A stretch of 64,000 nt of DNA, from positions 960,001 through 1,024,000 of the forward strand of contig CAVSCK010000004.1 in NCBI GenBank assembly GCA_963726455.1. Reading direction: 5' to 3'. The DNA comes from an uncultured bacterium. Lineage in GTDB: Bacteria > Zixibacteria > MSB-5A5 > CAIYYT01. A program made the translations under genes and the position numbers. Under the pieces are notes generated by a model. That model searched no databases, was not told the origin of the DNA, and was given only the letters and a program-made list of their open reading frames with translations. Of this stretch, positions 33,666-41,761 are shown piece after piece; position 1 is the first letter of the stretch, and every line of letters begins with the position of its first letter.

Positions 33666-34724
33666 TTACCATTTCAACCAGTAGCTCGTGCTATCCGGCA
33701 CGGCCACCTGCTTGCGTAATATCGTTCCCGATGAATAGTAAAACGTGAAATCATATTTCGTATCATCGGGCTGCAAATCACTGCTGGGAATCAGATCGAG
33801 AAACCAGTAGCCGGACGAATCCGTTGCTGTCGACACCGCGTAGGGCGACACTACTGCGCCTCCTGCCTGAAGGGGCGACTTGCCGATCCGTGCCGTCACG
33901 ACGACGCTTTCCAGTCCGCCGGCTCCCAACGTGTGCACATATCCATAGACGCGGCAGAGCGCCATATTGCTCGATTGTCCCGGCTCAAATCTACTCGCCC
34001 AGATCGTGTCACATCCTCCCGACGCCGCAACTGTGACTGGCTTGGGCAAGGTTCCGAAATCGTATCCAGTTAGATACGGCAGCACATGATACTCCGCTGC
34101 ATCCAGCGACAACAGCAATCGTCCATCGCTATTCGTTTCGCCGATGGCAGCAGTTGCCGACTCCTGCGAATTAAGCGCCCGCATAAACACTCCTTGCACC
34201 GCCGATTGTGTGGTCGACTCGAACGCGTAGAGAGTGCAGGCGTAGGCGCCCGTTCCCGTCCCAGTCAATCGTTGTGCCAATATACCCAACGTGTCCTTGA
34301 TCGAATCACTATCGACCGCCAACTTCGCCAGGTAGTCCCCCACTTCATCATCGATCACTTGATATCCGCCGACGGCTGCGCCTCGCCAGTCACCACCGAT
34401 CTTGACACGCACGTATACCCGATAATTCCCCAAAGTGGCCGAGGAATTCGCGCCGCGATAATGAATGTCATACCAGCCCTCGCGCACTCGGTAGAAATTC
34501 GATGCTGTCTGTGTCAGCGAGTCGACGAGGCCGTTTTCCGGGCTGTAACGCAACACAATTATACTATCGGCATCGGCGACACGTGGATAGAGCGTCGTAT
34601 CGAACGTGCAGAAAGTAACTACTACCGAATCACTTGCGCCGTTGCCGACGAATGGCGGCGTGACCCAAATTCCGGCACACGCTGTTCCAACAAGAAACAA
34701 CACCAGTACTAATATTGTCCTCAT
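33666..34724 (-). CDS. secreted hypothetical protein, Ig/transthyretin-like domains, last gene of the capsid operon
   Basis: Signal peptide MRTILVLVLFLVGTACAG; TDSSGYWFLDLIP..TKYDF resembles fibre-attachment modules; AGGAG RBS 1 bp after the upstream stop region. Confidence 0.7.
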   Translation of the reverse strand: MRTILVLVLFLVGTACAGIWVTPPFVGNGASDSVVVTFCTFDTTLYPRVADADSIIVLRYSPENGLVDSLTQTASNFYRVREGWYDIHYRGANSSATLGNYRVYVRVKIGGDWRGAAVGGYQVIDDEVGDYLAKLAVDSDSIKDTLGILAQRLTGTGTGAYACTLYAFESTTQSAVQGVFMRALNSQESATAAIGETNSDGRLLLSLDAAEYHVLPYLTGYDFGTLPKPVTVAASGGCDTIWASRFEPGQSSNMALCRVYGYVHTLGAGGLESVVVTARIGKSPLQAGGAVVSPYAVSTATDSSGYWFLDLIPSSDLQPDDTKYDFTFYYSSGTILRKQVAVPDSTSYWLKW

Positions 34725-34725
34725 T

Positions 34726-36225
34726 TTAGTCTCCTATCAGTCCCGAGCCGACAATCTCAAATCTCCGGCGCTGGGAATTCTGTCCAAAGCTTTCAAGTCT
34801 GACTGTCACGACCGGCCGATTGTTGATGACGCCATCGTCGGCTGCGTAGTAAATGATTTCCGCGTCATTGATTGCGCCTGCTTGATTGTTCCAGAAGTTA
34901 TGCCAGACCCAGCCATGATTCATCGTGGTGTCGATCAGCATGCGCTGTGCATACACCGGCGGGATTGTCCAGGTAATCACGCTTCCCGCTGCCGTGTTGC
35001 TGCGGCTCTGGTGTAACGAATCCAGCACCGTATCAACCACGTCACTGTTTATGCCCAATGCGCCGCCTTGATTCCAGGCGTAGCCAAGCCCGTCTTGTTT
35101 GTAGCGATATGTCCAGCAAACATAGTCAGTGTTTGTCTGCCCCGTGGCGCGTCCGCATTGCCAGAACTGCTTCAGCAACCTGATGCCGTTGGTTGATTCC
35201 CACAGCGAGTCATTCAGGTCCTTTGCGACTTGCTTGACCCTGGTTCGAATCCCAAACTGCTCCACCACGGGTGACGGCTGCCACAGCTTGCGTGACATCG
35301 CGTCATTCTTGATCTTCATTACGCTTACTTTCGCATCATAATCCCAGCCGGTATAGAGATCAGGCCAGGCGCCGTAGCTTTCGAGCGAATCGGCTCCGGA
35401 CGAGTTCTCGAAAAATGCATCTTCGATTTCCAGCCAGCCGGTGAAACAAGCGTTGTGCTCAATGAAGTAGTTACCGGTATCGCGCGCCGCCCACGCCACC
35501 GTGCGGTTGAAGATTGTAAAGAACTGGCACGAATCGCGCGACGTTCCCGTTACCGAAAACAATCCGAGAAACGCGCGCCGTCCTCTGGCGACATTGTTGC
35601 CGTCGCCGGTATTGATGATCGTTTCACCCGAATCGGCAACCGCCAGATGCACGAACGCGGTGTCGCCGGCATTATCTTTGTCGATGATCAGCGGCGTGAT
35701 ATCGTGGCAGGTATCGGGAAACGCCAGTCCGTAGATTCCAATGGAAGTCGAGGTCCACAACAGCACCGTGTCCTGCAAGACGCGCGTAATCCAGTGATTC
35801 CGATTTATCGCGCGGACATAACCCGCATTCTCCAGCGTCCTGCCGTTGGTGCCGTCGGAATTGACACCGAGATTGATCTCGTTCCAATTCTCCGACAACA
35901 GACTGACAAAACCGACGCGCGATCTCGCGATCGTGTCCGCGTTGGCCGATGGCGCCGGAATGGCGACCTCGTTGCCGCACCAGACCACAACGTCGAATGC
36001 CGTATCGAAATAGGCCGCAGTGCGCTGCGCCACCGAATCGGGCGTCAGCCAGCGCACGCTGTATTCGAGGTCGCTGCACAGCGCATTGTACAGCAACGTG
36101 TCGATTCCCTTGTTGGCAATGTTGGCGACGACCAGCCCGGCACGTTTGCCGACGGCGTTTGCGTCGACCGCAGTCGCCAGTATCACGGCGAGTGCTATTC
36201 CGAATCCGACGATGACTCTTCTGAT
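34726..36225 (-). CDS. secreted hypothetical protein with DNRLRE-like C-terminal domain
   Basis: Frame is open to ATC at 36225 behind AAGGAGG, giving signal peptide (M)RRVIVGFGIALAVILATAVDANA; C-terminal NHGW..RPVVTV. First canonical start is GTG 36186. Confidence 0.65.
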   Translation of the reverse strand: MRRVIVGFGIALAVILATAVDANAVGKRAGLVVANIANKGIDTLLYNALCSDLEYSVRWLTPDSVAQRTAAYFDTAFDVVVWCGNEVAIPAPSANADTIARSRVGFVSLLSENWNEINLGVNSDGTNGRTLENAGYVRAINRNHWITRVLQDTVLLWTSTSIGIYGLAFPDTCHDITPLIIDKDNAGDTAFVHLAVADSGETIINTGDGNNVARGRRAFLGLFSVTGTSRDSCQFFTIFNRTVAWAARDTGNYFIEHNACFTGWLEIEDAFFENSSGADSLESYGAWPDLYTGWDYDAKVSVMKIKNDAMSRKLWQPSPVVEQFGIRTRVKQVAKDLNDSLWESTNGIRLLKQFWQCGRATGQTNTDYVCWTYRYKQDGLGYAWNQGGALGINSDVVDTVLDSLHQSRSNTAAGSVITWTIPPVYAQRMLIDTTMNHGWVWHNFWNNQAGAINDAEIIYYAADDGVINNRPVVTVRLESFGQNSQRRRFEIVGSGLIGD

Positions 36226-36464
36226 GATGACTCCTCCTTTGATGACAGCTCTTCGTTGCGCAGTTGATTGATCAACTCCCAGATTTTCTGGCGTTCTTCC
36301 TCCGGCAGCCGCAACTTCATTTTCAGTTCCAGCGCCTTCAAAAGGTCACCGACCCGGGGATTGATTTCCTTGCTGCGCAGTTCCTCAATGATCTTGTCCT
36401 GAATTTCCTCCAGAACTTCCAGATCACTCTTGCGTATCTTCGCGGTGTTGTCGCTTTCGGTCAC
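36195..36464 (-). CDS. small helical hypothetical protein (possible small terminase-like)
   Basis: GGAGG RBS and GTG start; charged helices; function inferred from context only. Confidence 0.6.
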   Translation of the reverse strand: MTESDNTAKIRKSDLEVLEEIQDKIIEELRSKEINPRVGDLLKALELKMKLRLPEEERQKIWELINQLRNEELSSKEESSSEESSSDSE

Positions 36465-36465
36465 T

Positions 36466-36621
36466 CTATTGCGCCTCCAATGATGCTTCCAGCAACTCGC
36501 ACGCCGTCTTCCTGAATCGTTTGCAGCAGACCGGGCAGCGGCGAATCACGCCCTGGCTGTTGGCGAAAAACAGCGCGCCGCAATGCGGGCAGAGCACGCC
36601 GTGTAATGGTTCATTCATCAT
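36466..36621 (-). CDS. 51-aa zinc-ribbon protein (absent from the ORF track)
   Basis: MMNEPLHGVLCPHCGALFFANSQGVIRRCPVCCKRF..EAQ*; fills the gap between neighbours exactly. Confidence 0.7.
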   Translation of the reverse strand: MMNEPLHGVLCPHCGALFFANSQGVIRRCPVCCKRFRKTACELLEASLEAQ

Positions 36622-36626
36622 GCAGT

Positions 36627-36998
36627 TCACCCCATTTCAATTATCAGCAGATCGACCGCGGCCACCTGTGTCGTCGGTGTCGCTTTGGCAAGCGCAAACG
36701 ACTTGTCGCCTTCGCTCCCCTGTACGACCACCGGAATGCCACCCTTGGCCAGCGGCAACACACGCGGGTTGGTCAGTTGCTCCGGCAGTTTGTTTCCCTT
36801 CACGTCGACCAGATTCCCGTAGTTAAGTTGCTGCACGGTTCCACCCAGGGCGACTTGAGCGTGCACGATTCGCTTGGACGCGCCCTCGGATTCAGTTACC
36901 ACGAAGTGCGGCTCAAAGGCGGAAATCGTGCCCCAGACATTCACGCCTGACACCCACCACATCTTCTTGCCGAGAAGTTGACTCAATGTGGTACTCAT
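36627..36998 (-). CDS. hypothetical protein in the capsid operon (head completion?)
   Basis: ATGA overlap with the upstream gene; beta-rich 123 aa. Confidence 0.65.
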   Translation of the reverse strand: MSTTLSQLLGKKMWWVSGVNVWGTISAFEPHFVVTESEGASKRIVHAQVALGGTVQQLNYGNLVDVKGNKLPEQLTNPRVLPLAKGGIPVVVQGSEGDKSFALAKATPTTQVAAVDLLIIEMG

Positions 36999-37834
36999 TG
37001 TTCCCTGCCTCCTTTCACTGCCGTCGGCGTATTCAGGCCGCCGCGCGGTCCGGCGAAACGCGCCGCCAGTTGCAGTCCATCGGCGTGATATTTGTCCGCC
37101 AACTCGCGCCAGCCACGCGCAATTTCTGCCGCACCGACTCCGACCGATTCCAGCGCGGCCGCTGCTTTGCCCCGGCAGAGGAATGCCAGCGCCAGATAGG
37201 TCTCGGCCGTGATCAATGATTGATCTCCGGCGTCCTGGTAAGAAGGATCGATCAGCTTCAGCAACAAGTCGTCCGCGGCGGTGATCGCACTCGCGATCAG
37301 CGAGTCATCGGTGCCACCACTCTGAGTTTGATAATCGACGAACACACTCTGGCCATCTTCGATGACGCCGGCGTTAATGCGCCGAAGCGTTCCCTTTTCG
37401 TGATTGACGCTGTAGTCGACGCCTTCCGTGTAGACGCGATAGGCGTAATACCAGACCGCAACGGATGTATCGCTCGGAATACTGCCGGCGGTGATGCGGG
37501 CAAGTTTGCCGTCGGCGTGGTCAACATGGTAATCGACGTTCTCAGTGTAGATGGTTCCCAAGGAACTGTCGGAAGCAACTACCACGCTGTCTGGGATCAG
37601 ATCGCGATTCGCCAGAGTGACCGGCTGCGAAGTCAAAGCCAGGTTTTCGAACCGTGGCGTGCCGATCTCTTTCCCTTTCACTTTCACTGTGCCCTGCCTG
37701 AGATTGGCGTGCAGCAACGCCGACGGCGACGCCGCCAGCAATTGCACCGACACATCCGTGAAAGTGTCACGCGCCTCGCCAACCTGCGCGAGATATTGTC
37801 TGATGGTTTCGATATTCGTAAATGGCATCTTCAC
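36995..37834 (-). CDS. putative head-tail connector-like protein
   Basis: Two YTExVDYxVxxxxG repeats typical of virion proteins; C-terminal helical DDSLIASAITAADD..AETYLALAFL similar to gp6/gp15-type connectors. Confidence 0.55.
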   Translation of the reverse strand: MKMPFTNIETIRQYLAQVGEARDTFTDVSVQLLAASPSALLHANLRQGTVKVKGKEIGTPRFENLALTSQPVTLANRDLIPDSVVVASDSSLGTIYTENVDYHVDHADGKLARITAGSIPSDTSVAVWYYAYRVYTEGVDYSVNHEKGTLRRINAGVIEDGQSVFVDYQTQSGGTDDSLIASAITAADDLLLKLIDPSYQDAGDQSLITAETYLALAFLCRGKAAAALESVGVGAAEIARGWRELADKYHADGLQLAARFAGPRGGLNTPTAVKGGREQ

Positions 37835-37841
37835 ACCTCCC

Positions 37842-39266
37842 TTAGTTGTTCAGGAAATTGATTTCGGGTAACGGCGTAATCTGGCTGCCGATCGGCGCAG
37901 TTGTGAATGCGGAAGTCACGATCACCTTGATCCAGTAAGCATTGAGACCGATGATCGCCGTCTTCTGCCAGTCAGCCGGAGCGGACGCGGAATCGATCCA
38001 GAGCCGGACGCGCTGGGTGAGTTGATCGAAATGATATGCGCCTGACTGTGGTGTGAACTCCTGCCAGGTAGCGCCGTCGAAATATGCCCAGGTTACCGCG
38101 CCACCCGCGTCACCTGCCGTTGACAATATGAAATTGCAGGCAGAGAATTTGTCATCCGCGCCGAGACAGATTGCGTCCCCGACGGACTGAATCAATTTGG
38201 TAGAATCCAAGTGACGAACGTCAGCGACGGCGCTGCTGGCGGCTTCCGCAGTTAGTCCCTGATAGTCGGGGATACCGTTGGTGTCGTACAACAACACATA
38301 CTTGAAGCGCACGAATTCGCCGTTGAGATCGACTGCGGGCTCGAAGCCGACGCCGTTCTTGCGGCGATAACGCAACTCTGTCTGGCCGTCACCGAGCGAC
38401 GTTCCGAAAATCACATAGGGAGTTGCGCCATTGAACATCAGCAACGGCGCAATGACGGGATCGGCGCCGATCTCGTAGGAGGCGCTCCAGTTGGCGCCGT
38501 CGTATTCGATGTACCAGGTTTTTGCGCCTGCGTTGACGGCCACTCCGATAAGTGAACCCGATTCGGAGCAACGCGCCGAAAACGCATCCGACAGCGATGT
38601 TCCGGTGTAAATCGTGACTTCGGATTCCCAGAAGACGCCGCCGTTTGGTATGCGCCGGTATGCGAGTTTGGCGCCGCCGTCGGTGTAGATGCAATACACC
38701 CACGGTTGCAGATACACGAAGCAGCCGTAGCAGCCGCTCGAACCGACCGTCAATGCCTCGCCGGGATCGGCACTTCCGGCCCCCCAGAGTGTGCCTTCAA
38801 CGACAGAAGTCTTGGCGTGTAAGGTATAATTGCCGGTCGCAGAATCGTAACAAGTCCACGAGACCCAGAGCTTACCGGAGACGTCTTTCAGAATCGACGG
38901 AAAGTAGTTGTCCTTGTCATTGTAAATCGTGGCTTCCGCGCCGACGGTCCACACTCCTGCCGAAAACGATAGCTTGCGGAATAACAGGTCGAGCGTGGTC
39001 TCCGCTGTGAATGCGATATAGACGTTGCCGTCTGAGTCCATAGTTGCAGCGACAGGATAGTCGGCGGCGTTGGTGGCGATGGTCTGCGGAGTCGACCAGT
39101 CGGCATACGGCGGATCGGCACAGCTGAATTTGATCGTAGAGGGCGAGGCGGAATAGACAACGATCTGCCTGCCGGAATAGACGCCGGACGTGATCGTAAA
39201 CAACTTGCCGGTCGGTGTGTTACCCGCGCCGTAGAAGGCGGTCGATGTATCAATCAGATTTTGCAT
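37842..39266 (-). CDS. beta-propeller-like putative structural protein
   Basis: Start MQNLIDT (GAGG RBS); repeats such as MDSDGNVYIAF and KDVSGKLWVSW; C-terminal AYWIKV beta-sandwich; follows the MCP. Confidence 0.6.
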   Translation of the reverse strand: MQNLIDTSTAFYGAGNTPTGKLFTITSGVYSGRQIVVYSASPSTIKFSCADPPYADWSTPQTIATNAADYPVAATMDSDGNVYIAFTAETTLDLLFRKLSFSAGVWTVGAEATIYNDKDNYFPSILKDVSGKLWVSWTCYDSATGNYTLHAKTSVVEGTLWGAGSADPGEALTVGSSGCYGCFVYLQPWVYCIYTDGGAKLAYRRIPNGGVFWESEVTIYTGTSLSDAFSARCSESGSLIGVAVNAGAKTWYIEYDGANWSASYEIGADPVIAPLLMFNGATPYVIFGTSLGDGQTELRYRRKNGVGFEPAVDLNGEFVRFKYVLLYDTNGIPDYQGLTAEAASSAVADVRHLDSTKLIQSVGDAICLGADDKFSACNFILSTAGDAGGAVTWAYFDGATWQEFTPQSGAYHFDQLTQRVRLWIDSASAPADWQKTAIIGLNAYWIKVIVTSAFTTAPIGSQITPLPEINFLNN

Positions 39267-39320
39267 GGTTTCCTCTTCAGCGCAGGCCGCCACGATTGCG
39301 CGCGGCGGCCTGCAACAGCG

Positions 39321-40442
39321 TTAGAACGTATCGTCCAGCACCAGCGATGCTTCGTTGATAACTTTGGCGTACGCCACGGACTCGGAGATGACTGCTTCCT
39401 CGAATTTCTGTTCGATGATGCGGTCATATTCCACCACCAGCGGCTGACTGATGACTTCCTCAACCGCGAAGCGTGAATCCATGCCGACGATCAGGTCGGA
39501 CGGAATTTCGTCGCAACGCACCAGCTTGGCGCCCAGCGGCGAGCCCAGTTCGCCCGTCGACTGGAACTTGAATCCGGCGAGCGGATCCTTGAATTCAGTG
39601 AGCGTGAGAATCTGCCGCATCTTGCTCTTGTGGCAGAGAAGCGTGTTCATCTCGAACGGCGCAAACTCCGCCCAGAATTTGACCAGGTCGTCATAGTCGA
39701 AGGAGCCGGAAACATCGGTGTTGAACATCGCGGCGGCATTGTCGTTGCCGTCGCCGTTCTGCACGACGTCAGCCAGCAATGCCACCTTGTCCGACTGCAA
39801 CCGGAAGCCGAGGTACCAGAGCAGCACTTTGAATTGAGCCAGTGTGCGATGCCGCAGCGTGCGATACGACACCTTCAGCGCGATGCCGTATTCCGGCACG
39901 GTCACGGTCTTCTTCTGTTCGTTGACGACGAACTGCGGAATTTCAGCGCCCTCGGATATCGGTCGCAACGACAACCGGCTGTCGCCGGGGGTGATGTTGA
40001 GATAGAGCGGCGAATAGCGATTGGAGCCGATCACCGTCTGCGCGGCGGTGAGTTGATTGTATACTGGGCGCATCGCCATCCCTTTGCGGACCTCGCGCAT
40101 CACGAACTCCGGCAAGAGCGACGCGGCGGCGCGATAGAATGCTTCGACGGTGTCGGGAGTTCTGCCGTTGACGCGAATGCCGTGCACCGCGAGTTGTCTT
40201 TCGAAGGCATCGAGCGGCGCGCCAACCGGCGAGGGATCGTAGTCATCGCCTTCCAGCAGTTCGGTCAAGCTCAAGCCCCTGGCTTGCGCTTCGAGATAAG
40301 TGTCGCGCGTGATGTTGATCTTGCCGGCGCGGCTTAAATCGACGTTCGCCAGCCGCGTATCTTTGCCGGCAAATGCATCAAGATCAGGCGCCGTGAGATT
40401 CCAGAAGTTGTCCGGTATTTGTTTCAGGTTTTCTAATTCCAT
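39321..40442 (-). CDS. major capsid protein (HK97-fold, inferred)
   Basis: 373 aa from MELENL; LDAFERQL..GIRV..DTVEAFY..LLPEFV..VRKGM, EGAEIP, YGIALKVSY, EYDRIIE resemble a capsid family I recall from Firmicutes prophages; expected position after protease/scaffold/cement. Confidence 0.8.
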   Translation of the reverse strand: MELENLKQIPDNFWNLTAPDLDAFAGKDTRLANVDLSRAGKINITRDTYLEAQARGLSLTELLEGDDYDPSPVGAPLDAFERQLAVHGIRVNGRTPDTVEAFYRAAASLLPEFVMREVRKGMAMRPVYNQLTAAQTVIGSNRYSPLYLNITPGDSRLSLRPISEGAEIPQFVVNEQKKTVTVPEYGIALKVSYRTLRHRTLAQFKVLLWYLGFRLQSDKVALLADVVQNGDGNDNAAAMFNTDVSGSFDYDDLVKFWAEFAPFEMNTLLCHKSKMRQILTLTEFKDPLAGFKFQSTGELGSPLGAKLVRCDEIPSDLIVGMDSRFAVEEVISQPLVVEYDRIIEQKFEEAVISESVAYAKVINEASLVLDDTF

Positions 40443-40524
40443 TCCTTCTCCTTTGCGGCCAGTCACGTTGACAGGCCATAGTTGATCGATTGCCAGGTAA
40501 TTGCTGCTCCCCTTGTGCACTGCC

Positions 40525-40947
40525 TCAATTGAGGAGCAGCGTGCAGTCGCTGGTGCCGTTAACCGACAACACCAGTCCGCGCGCGATATTGCCGCCGGCA
40601 GGATCGTTGCCGGTCAACGCTGGCGCTTGTTTGATTTTGCCGTCGGCGGCGCCGACGATGCTGTTGCCGATTACCGGATAGGTAGCTGCGATGGCGAGAG
40701 ACATCACGCCGGCTACCTGCACGGTCGCTTTGCGCTTGCCGTTGTCGGCATCAGTGAGAGTGAGCGCGATCAACTTACCGAGCACCTGTACCCCGTCGGT
40801 GGTAGCTTTGACCCGGTTGCCGGTACTCAGTTGAACGGCTTTGCCGATGTCAGCGTTCTTGAGGTCGTCGCTGCCGGCGGTTTGAGCGATGTCGAAGGTC
40901 AGATATAGCGCGCCGGTGGTTTCCAGATTTTGTTCACGTACTGCCAT
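40525..40947 (-). CDS. capsid decoration/cement-like protein
   Basis: 140 aa with DIGKAVQL, ATVQVAG and ADGKIK; immediately upstream of the MCP. Confidence 0.6.
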   Translation of the reverse strand: MAVREQNLETTGALYLTFDIAQTAGSDDLKNADIGKAVQLSTGNRVKATTDGVQVLGKLIALTLTDADNGKRKATVQVAGVMSLAIAATYPVIGNSIVGAADGKIKQAPALTGNDPAGGNIARGLVLSVNGTSDCTLLLN

Positions 40948-41000
40948 TGTGATCCTTTCCAGTCAGTTTGGTTCGCGTCGGTTTGTCGGCGAACCAATGG

Positions 41001-41396
41001 TTACACTTTGAACTCGGACGTCTTTTCTCCCCCGGCGGCCGCACCTGTCGGCTCTGTCTGCTTGCGGGAGAAGACGCGGTCGAATTCGGTTTCGATGTCC
41101 TGTTTGATTCGTTGCAGGTCGGCAAGGTCGGTCGTGTCGGCGGAGATTAAGCGTTCGACCAATGCGCTCGAACCGCCGGCGAGGCGGGCGATAGCGCGGG
41201 CTTTGCTGCAGAGCTCGTCTTTGAACAGTTGCACGAGGCGGTCGGCGATTGCCGCGCGCGCCTGCAGTGCCTGCAGAACCGTGACGGCGTTCTCAAGCTC
41301 AACGGCGAGTTGCTCGAAATCGATGTCGGCAAGTTGCGCCTGCTTGAGGCGTCCGGCGGTTTGCATGAGTGATTCAAACAGTTTGGTGAATTCCAT
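41001..41396 (-). CDS. coiled-coil scaffold-like protein
   Basis: GAGGAGG RBS before MEFTKL; helical; lies between protease and cement genes. Confidence 0.55.
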   Translation of the reverse strand: MEFTKLFESLMQTAGRLKQAQLADIDFEQLAVELENAVTVLQALQARAAIADRLVQLFKDELCSKARAIARLAGGSSALVERLISADTTDLADLQRIKQDIETEFDRVFSRKQTEPTGAAAGGEKTSEFKV

Positions 41397-41437
41397 GATA
41401 TCCTCCTCTGAAGTTTCGTTGATAGAGATTGCGAGTG

Positions 41438-41761
41438 TCAACGTTCGTCACCGGGTAGCATTTGCAATTTGGCTTCAATGATGAGCAGTTGACGATGCAG
41501 GTCGTCGCGGACCTGTTGCAGTTCGGCTTTGGTGGCCATGCGTTCGGTCAGAATGGTTTCGATGCGCACCAGGCGGCTGTCGATAGTGGTCACCATGGCG
41601 GAGTCGGCCTTGGCGGCGATCTCCGATTTGAGGCCGTAGATGGTGGCGTGATAGGCGGTGACAATTCCCGCCACCGTCACGATCAGACCCAGCAGAAATC
41701 GCAACAGGTTTTCTTTGCGGAACAGCTCCGGCCTGTGGCTCGAATTAGACAGTCTGTTCAT
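41438..41761 (-). CDS. single-TM coiled-coil protein (holin/XhlA-like candidate)
   Basis: LLRFLLGLIVTVAGIVTAY transmembrane segment followed by heptads. Confidence 0.6.
   Translation of the reverse strand: MNRLSNSSHRPELFRKENLLRFLLGLIVTVAGIVTAYHATIYGLKSEIAAKADSAMVTTIDSRLVRIETILTERMATKAELQQVRDDLHRQLLIIEAKLQMLPGDER

Noticed and set aside
39321-40442. Encapsulin nanocompartment
   Set aside because: Linked portal and terminase point to DNA packaging; no typical encapsulin cargo gene is adjacent.
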